Shown: positions 59,196 to 64,000 of the stretch, piece by piece
Position numbering within the stretch: the stretch's first letter is position 1
Layout of the letters: each line of letters begins with the position of its first letter
From: an uncultured Actinomycetes bacterium
Lineage (GTDB): Bacteria > Actinomycetota > Thermoleophilia > UBA2241
Assembly: GCA_963755025.1 (NCBI GenBank)
Contig: CAVWIH010000020.1
Span: 64,001 to 128,000, forward strand
Reading direction: 5' to 3'
Length of the DNA stretch: 64,000 nt
Made by a program: the position numbers and the translations under genes
The notes under the pieces: model-generated
Seen by the model: only the letters and a program-made list of their open reading frames with translations
Database searches by the model: none
Told to the model about the DNA's origin: nothing

Positions 59196-59798
59196 TCAAG
59201 GCGCGTCGTGGCGCATCTCGTGACGTCCGGTGAAGGCCCGGCCGAGGGTGAGCTCGTCGGCGTACTCGAGGTCGCCGCCTACCGGCAGGCCGCTCGCCAG
59301 GCGCGACACGCGCACCCGCGGCGGCAGCAGGTCGGCGATGTAGAGTGCCGTCGCCTCGCCGGTCATGGTCGGGTTGGTGGCGACGATCACCTCGGTCACG
59401 CCCGCAGCGACACGATCGACGAGCTCGGCCACGTGCAGGTCGGCCGGATCGACGCCGTCGAGCGGCGACAGCGCGCCGCCGAGCACGTGGTACAGGCCGC
59501 GGTACTCGCGTGTGCGCTCGATGGGGATGATGTCGGCCGGCTGCTCGACCACGCAGAGCAGCGAGGGGTCGCGGCGCGTGTCGGAACAGATCGTGCACAG
59601 GTCGCCTTCGGCTAAGTTGAAGCAGCGCTTGCAGAAGCCGATCTTCTCTTTGACCTCGACGATGGCCGTGGCCAGGGGCAGGATCTCGCCCGGCTTGACC
59701 TTCAGCATGTAGAAGGCGAGTCGCTGCGCTGTGCGCGGGCCGATGCCGGGGAGCTTGGAGAGCTCGGTGATCAGGCGTTCGACCGAGGGTGAGTACAC
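59196..59798 (-). CDS. recR: Recombination mediator RecR
   Basis: LPGIGPRTAQRLA, CKRC...CTIC, YHVLGG.LSP and GGDLEYADELTL. Confidence 0.97.
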   Translation of the reverse strand: MYSPSVERLITELSKLPGIGPRTAQRLAFYMLKVKPGEILPLATAIVEVKEKIGFCKRCFNLAEGDLCTICSDTRRDPSLLCVVEQPADIIPIERTREYRGLYHVLGGALSPLDGVDPADLHVAELVDRVAAGVTEVIVATNPTMTGEATALYIADLLPPRVRVSRLASGLPVGGDLEYADELTLGRAFTGRHEMRHDAP

Positions 59799-59803
59799 AG
59801 AGA

Positions 59804-60127
59804 TCAGAACAGACCGGGGATGTTCGGCAGATCGACGCCGGCGGTGGCGCCGCCGAGCTTCTGCTGCGCGAGCGCCTGGGCGGCGCGCAGGGCTTCGTTG
59901 GTGGCGGCGGTGACCAGGTCCTGCAGCATCTCGACGTCGTCGGGGTCGACGGCGCCCGGGTCGATGCGGACCTCGCGCACCTCGAGCGCGCCCGTGACCA
60001 CGACCGTGACGGCGCCGCCGCCGGCGCTGGCCTCGACGGTCTCGAGGGCAAGCTCTTCTTGCGCCTTGGCCATCTTCTTCTGCATGTCCTGCACCTGCTT
60101 GAGCATCTTCTGGTACTGCGGGTTCAT
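59804..60127 (-). CDS. ybaB: YbaB/EbfC nucleoid-associated protein
   Basis: EASAGGGAV and [12 protein letters not shown]; lies between dnaX and recR. Confidence 0.95.
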   Translation of the reverse strand: MNPQYQKMLKQVQDMQKKMAKAQEELALETVEASAGGGAVTVVVTGALEVREVRIDPGAVDPDDVEMLQDLVTAATNEALRAAQALAQQKLGGATAGVDLPNIPGLF

Positions 60128-60151
60128 GGACCTGCGTCTCCTTCTGGTCGT

Positions 60152-61999
60152 CTAGTCGTCGTCGGGTAGGTCGCTGGCATCGAGCTCGCGCTTGGCGAGG
60201 GCGATGCGTTGGGCGATGGTCAGGCCGGCGTCGGGCGCCGCTGCTTTGGGCGCGGCCGGTTCGGACGGGGCCTGCTCGAGCTCGAACTTGAGATCCGGGG
60301 CATCGCCGGTGGTGCGGGTGATGATCGCGGTGAGCAGCGCGCGGTTCTCGGGGGTCGAGGCTTTGCCGAACGTGAGGCTCGAGGGCAGCCCCACGACCAG
60401 CCGGTCGCCGTCGGCGCGCACGCGGGCGTCTTTGAGGGCGGCGTACAGGCCGATGTTCTGGGCTTCGGTCTGCTGCAGCACGAGCGCCCAGGCGCGCTTG
60501 ACGCGGTCGGCGCCGCCCGCCGTTGGGGCGCCGTCGTCGGTGGCCGGCGGTACGGCCTCGTCGTCGGGACCCGGCGGCACGTCTTGGTCGTCGGGAACCG
60601 GCGCTACGTTGTGGTCGTCGGCCGGCGGGCTCGACGGATCGGGTGTGGTCGCGGGCGCGCTTGCCGCCGGCGGGCTCGCCGGCCGTGGCGCGGCCGCGTT
60701 GCTGACGGCCTCGGCGAGTCGCGCGGCACGGGCGGCCTGCGCCGGGTCGTGGGGTTGCGCGGGGTGGGTCGCAGGCGCCTGGGCGGGGGCGAACGGCACG
60801 CTGCCCGACTCGAGCCGCCGTAGCCGTTCTTCGAGGGCGTCGGGCGAATGGTCGACTTCGGGGCGCGCCGCGCGCACCAGCGCCATCTCGAGCTGCAGGC
60901 GCGGGTCGAGGCCGCCGCGGATCTCGGTCTGGGCGCGGCCCAGCAGCTCGATCAGGCGCAGCAGCTCGCGACCCGAGAGCTGGTGGGCCTGACGGGCCAG
61001 GCGGTCGAGCAGCTGCTCGTCGATCTCGAGGTTCTGCGCCAGCGCGAGCATGGTGCCGGGGTCGTCGGAGACGTCGTCCAGGTACTGCACCAGGAAGATC
61101 TGCCGCAGGTGGCGCAGCAGGTCGTGGATGAACTGCGGGTAGCTCGTGCCGCGCTCGGCCAGGCGCTGCACGAACAGCAGGGCGGCGGCGGGGTCGCGGT
61201 CGATGACGATGTCGATAATCTCGAAGAGCAGCTCAGAGGCGATGACGCCGAGCACGTCGAGCACCTCGCGCGACGTGATGGCGGCCGCGCCGAAGAACGT
61301 GGTGAGCTTTTCGAGCGTGCCGATGGCGTCGCGAAACCCGCCCTCGGCGTGCCGGGCGATCTCGAGGATGGCGGGCTCGTCAATCTCGATGCTCTCGGCG
61401 GCCGCGACGTGGCTGAGCACCAGGGCGATGTCGTGCACGCGCGGCCGGCGAAAGTCGAAGCGCTGGCAGCGCGACAGGATGGTCGCCGGAATGCGGTGTG
61501 CTTCGGTGGTGGCGAGCACGAAGACGACGTGCGGCGGAGGCTCTTCGAGGGTCTTCAGGAGGGCGTTGAACGCCTCTTTGGTGAGCATGTGGACTTCGTC
61601 GATGATGTAGACCTTGTAGCGCCCGTTGACCGGCGCGTACCCGACCTTGTCGCGCAGCTCGCGGATGTCGTCGATGCCGCGGTTTGAAGCGGCGTCCATC
61701 TCGATCACGTCCATGGCGGTCGAGGCGGCGATGGCGCGGCAGCTGTCGCACAGGCCGCAGGGCGTGACGGTGGGCCCGGTGATGCGTTCGGGCAGAGCGG
61801 GATCGCCGGTGCAGTTGAGGGCCTTGGCGAGGATCTTGGCCATGCTCGTCTTGCCCGTGCCACGCGAGCCGGCGAAGACGTAGGCGTGGGCCACCGCGTC
61901 GCTGCTCACGGCGTTGCGCAGGGTCTGCGAAACGTGATCCTGGCCGACGATCTCGGCGAAGGTCTGGGGCCGGTACTTGCGGTAGAGGGAGAGCTCCAT
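60152..61999 (-). CDS. dnaX: DNA polymerase III subunit gamma/tau
   Basis: LYRKYRPQTF, GSRGTGKTS, EMDAASN, IIDEVHML, LKTLEEPP and ILSRCQ. Confidence 0.97.
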   Translation of the reverse strand: MELSLYRKYRPQTFAEIVGQDHVSQTLRNAVSSDAVAHAYVFAGSRGTGKTSMAKILAKALNCTGDPALPERITGPTVTPCGLCDSCRAIAASTAMDVIEMDAASNRGIDDIRELRDKVGYAPVNGRYKVYIIDEVHMLTKEAFNALLKTLEEPPPHVVFVLATTEAHRIPATILSRCQRFDFRRPRVHDIALVLSHVAAAESIEIDEPAILEIARHAEGGFRDAIGTLEKLTTFFGAAAITSREVLDVLGVIASELLFEIIDIVIDRDPAAALLFVQRLAERGTSYPQFIHDLLRHLRQIFLVQYLDDVSDDPGTMLALAQNLEIDEQLLDRLARQAHQLSGRELLRLIELLGRAQTEIRGGLDPRLQLEMALVRAARPEVDHSPDALEERLRRLESGSVPFAPAQAPATHPAQPHDPAQAARAARLAEAVSNAAAPRPASPPAASAPATTPDPSSPPADDHNVAPVPDDQDVPPGPDDEAVPPATDDGAPTAGGADRVKRAWALVLQQTEAQNIGLYAALKDARVRADGDRLVVGLPSSLTFGKASTPENRALLTAIITRTTGDAPDLKFELEQAPSEPAAPKAAAPDAGLTIAQRIALAKRELDASDLPDDD

Positions 62000-62233
62000 G
62001 GACGTCCTGTGCGGGCTTCGTTACACGCCTGGTGCCGACGATCTGCCTTGTGGTAGTCGCCCAAGCCGGCGCGACTTCGTTGCGCCCCTGGTGACGCCGA
62101 CCGGTTTTGTCGTCGACGCCCAGGCTGGCGCGTGTTCGTTACGTGCCTAGTGTACCCTGCGCGGCGCGGGCAGGTGAAGAACCCACCCGCGCTGCGCAGA
62201 CGCCTGATGGGCGACGACGCATGAGGTTCGAGA

Positions 62234-62505
62234 GCGGCCGCGCACCCGCCGTCGAAACACGTTCCCCGGACGCCTTTGCCGGGCGCAAGCTCCGGTCAGG
62301 ATGACCCACGGCACATGGGAGCGCCTGCTTACCGCTGCTTCCTCCCGGACCTGACGGGGTTCGCAGGTTCCCATTGCGTGGGGCCCGACCATCGACGCCG
62401 CGCGTCGGCCGACTGCTCCACAGAATGGCCCCTCGGGCGGGGATTCAGCCCCGCTGTAGCGGATTGCGGGTACAGGGCACCGCTGGCTCCCCGCCTAGCG
62501 CGGCC
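62234..62505 (-). ncRNA. ffs: Large-type (Alu + S domain) signal recognition particle RNA
   Basis: 5' GGCCGCGCTAGGCGGGGAGCCAGCGGTGCCCTGTACCCGCAATCCGCT (Alu domain) and GTCAGGTCCGGGAGGAAGCAGC (helix 8); 5'/3' ends pair; upstream TTGATT...TAGACT promoter; precedes dnaX. Confidence 0.95.
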
Positions 62506-62632
62506 ACGGGGGAGTCTACCCGCGGCTTGGTGGCGAATCAAACGTGGTCGGGCGGCGCGCAGCCGACGCGACGCGTCCGCGAGCGCGGCGCACCGGCGGC
62601 AGCGACTCAGCCGGCGCCCGGCCAGCGCCCGC

Positions 62633-63616
62633 TCACGCCGAGGCGGCGTGCTCCTGGCGGGCGGTCAGGGTCCAGGCGTCGGCGATCGCCGACGCCACCG
62701 CGGCCGGGTGGGTGATGTGCAGGGCGTGGCCGCCGTTGCCCACCACGATCAGGCGCGAGTCGCGCAAGCGCCGGTGAAAGGCTTGCGACTCGGCGGCCGG
62801 GGCGATGCGGTCGTAAGCGCCGACGACCACCACGAAGGGCACCTCGAGCAGGCGGTACGAGCCGGCCAGCACGTGCAGGTCGGCGGTCGCGCGCTCCAGG
62901 TCTTCGACGGCGTGGCGGAACGGCTCGGGGCGCAGCGCGACGGCCAGCGCGGCGCGAGCGTAGGCGGCCGGCAGGGGCTGCGGGTAGCAGGCGCGGCGCA
63001 GCAGCACGTAGCCCACGGGGTAGGCGGTGGGCACGAGCACAGTCGCCGCCGCCAGGCGCCCGAGCACCGGTACACGCAACACGCGGATGAGCCGCGAGAT
63101 GGGCAGGCGGTAGGGCAGCACGTGGCCGCCGACCGTGACCACGGCGGCCACGTCGTCGGGGTAGAGCTCGGCCCAGGCCACGGCCACGGCCGCGCCCAGC
63201 GAGTAGCCCACGAGCAGGGGGCGCTCCAGGCCGAGCTGCCGCACGGCCCGGTGCAGCAGGTAGGCCTGGCCGATCGGCGTGTGGCCGTCGGCCGGCGGCG
63301 CCTCGCTGTAGCCGTTGCCGGGGCGGTCGAAGGCGATCACGCGGTAGTGCCGCGCCAGGTGCTCGTTCAGCACGATGTCGAAGTCGTGGGTGGAGCCCAG
63401 CAGGCCGTGGATGAGCACCACCGGCGGGCCTGTGCCCGCCTGCGTGTAACGCAGTTCGACGCCGTCGACCACGACGGCGCCGGCGGGGCGCGGGTAGCGC
63501 CGCTGCGCGCGCCGCACCACGAGGCGGGTGAGCAGCGCGGCGGCCACGAGGGGCGCCGCGCCCGCCGCGAGCGCGACGGCGAGGGGGCGGGCCACCGCTT
63601 TGGCATTGGGCTCCAT
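62633..63616 (-). CDS. Alpha/beta fold hydrolase
   Basis: VLIHG, FDRPGNGYS, GYSLG nucleophile elbow, GAYD and GGHAL. Confidence 0.88.
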   Translation of the reverse strand: MEPNAKAVARPLAVALAAGAAPLVAAALLTRLVVRRAQRRYPRPAGAVVVDGVELRYTQAGTGPPVVLIHGLLGSTHDFDIVLNEHLARHYRVIAFDRPGNGYSEAPPADGHTPIGQAYLLHRAVRQLGLERPLLVGYSLGAAVAVAWAELYPDDVAAVVTVGGHVLPYRLPISRLIRVLRVPVLGRLAAATVLVPTAYPVGYVLLRRACYPQPLPAAYARAALAVALRPEPFRHAVEDLERATADLHVLAGSYRLLEVPFVVVVGAYDRIAPAAESQAFHRRLRDSRLIVVGNGGHALHITHPAAVASAIADAWTLTARQEHAASA

Positions 63617-63727
63617 GTCGAGCCTATTGTGCCCACAGCCAACGCCTGAAACGCGCAAGGGGGCGGGGCGGCGGGCCGTCAGGCCCGCCGCCCCGCCCCC
63701 ACAAGGAGCAGCTCGCGGCGCTGTGCG

Positions 63728-64000
63728 CTAGACGCGCAGCACCACCTTGCGGATCTCGGGGTCTTCGGAGGGCCGCACGTCGAAGCCCAGCGACTCGACG
63801 AAGCGCACCATGCCGTCGTTCGAGGCCAGCACGTGGCCGTAGATCTCGCGCACGTACGAACCGCGGGCGGCCTCGATGAGCGAGGTCATGAGGGCGTCGC
63901 CCACGCCGCGGCGCTGGTAGCTGTCGCGCACCACGATGGCGAACTCACCCTCTTCGGTGTTGGCCGTCTCGATCGTGAGGCGGGCGACGCCCAGCATCTG
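63728..64000 (-). CDS. GNAT N-acetyltransferase domain, 3' end (possibly C-terminus of a Pat/acetate-CoA ligase fusion)
   Basis: LGVARL...EFAIVVRDSYQRRGVG...GHVLASNDGM...LGF; runs off the window edge. Confidence 0.8.
   Translation of the reverse strand, partial: QMLGVARLTIETANTEEGEFAIVVRDSYQRRGVGDALMTSLIEAARGSYVREIYGHVLASNDGMVRFVESLGFDVRPSEDPEIRKVVLRV

Noticed and set aside
55599-59615. Very long ORFs on the opposite strand or in alternative frames (also 2282-3958, 4642-6483, 16411-18537, 53024-55393, 41002-44484)
   Set aside because: Shadow ORFs of high-GC coding sequence, or chimeras created by frameshifts; no coherent domains.
60152-61999. Programmed -1 frameshift in dnaX
   Set aside because: No A-AAA-AAG slippery site or long A tract is visible.

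Overview
High-GC (about 70%) bacterial chromosome segment, by inference from a deep-branching, anaerobic or facultative Actinomycetota lineage (Thermoleophilia/Coriobacteriia-like). It contains no rRNA, tRNA, CRISPR array, integrase or transposase that I can recognise. Main content: CPA1 Na+/H+ antiporter and DUF2254 gene; sdhCDAB with a macro-domain gene; nrdR-nrdJ; an Asp23/AmaP operon; a Cof hydrolase flanked by two candidate non-coding RNAs; a secreted SpoIVB/S55 peptidase; tandem methyltransferases with a rubrerythrin-like gene; an accessory stretch of membrane and lipoprotein genes; a cobalamin riboswitch ahead of an APC permease; an hdrA(large)-mvhD-metV-metF-hdrC-hdrB operon; a class III aminotransferase; a polyphosphate cluster (ppk2, ppx, CYTH-HTH-CHAD, sixA, ppk1); a P-type ATPase; and ffs-dnaX-ybaB-recR with a large Alu-type SRP RNA. 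Many genes between about 21 and 53 kb have 1-nt frameshifts that look like long-read consensus errors. Best leads: the B12-riboswitch-controlled APC transporter, a promoter-hairpin-terminator leader (candidate cation riboswitch) before DUF2254, the two orphan sRNA candidates, and the Hdr-coupled MTHFR. All calls come from reading motifs by eye; no searches were run.
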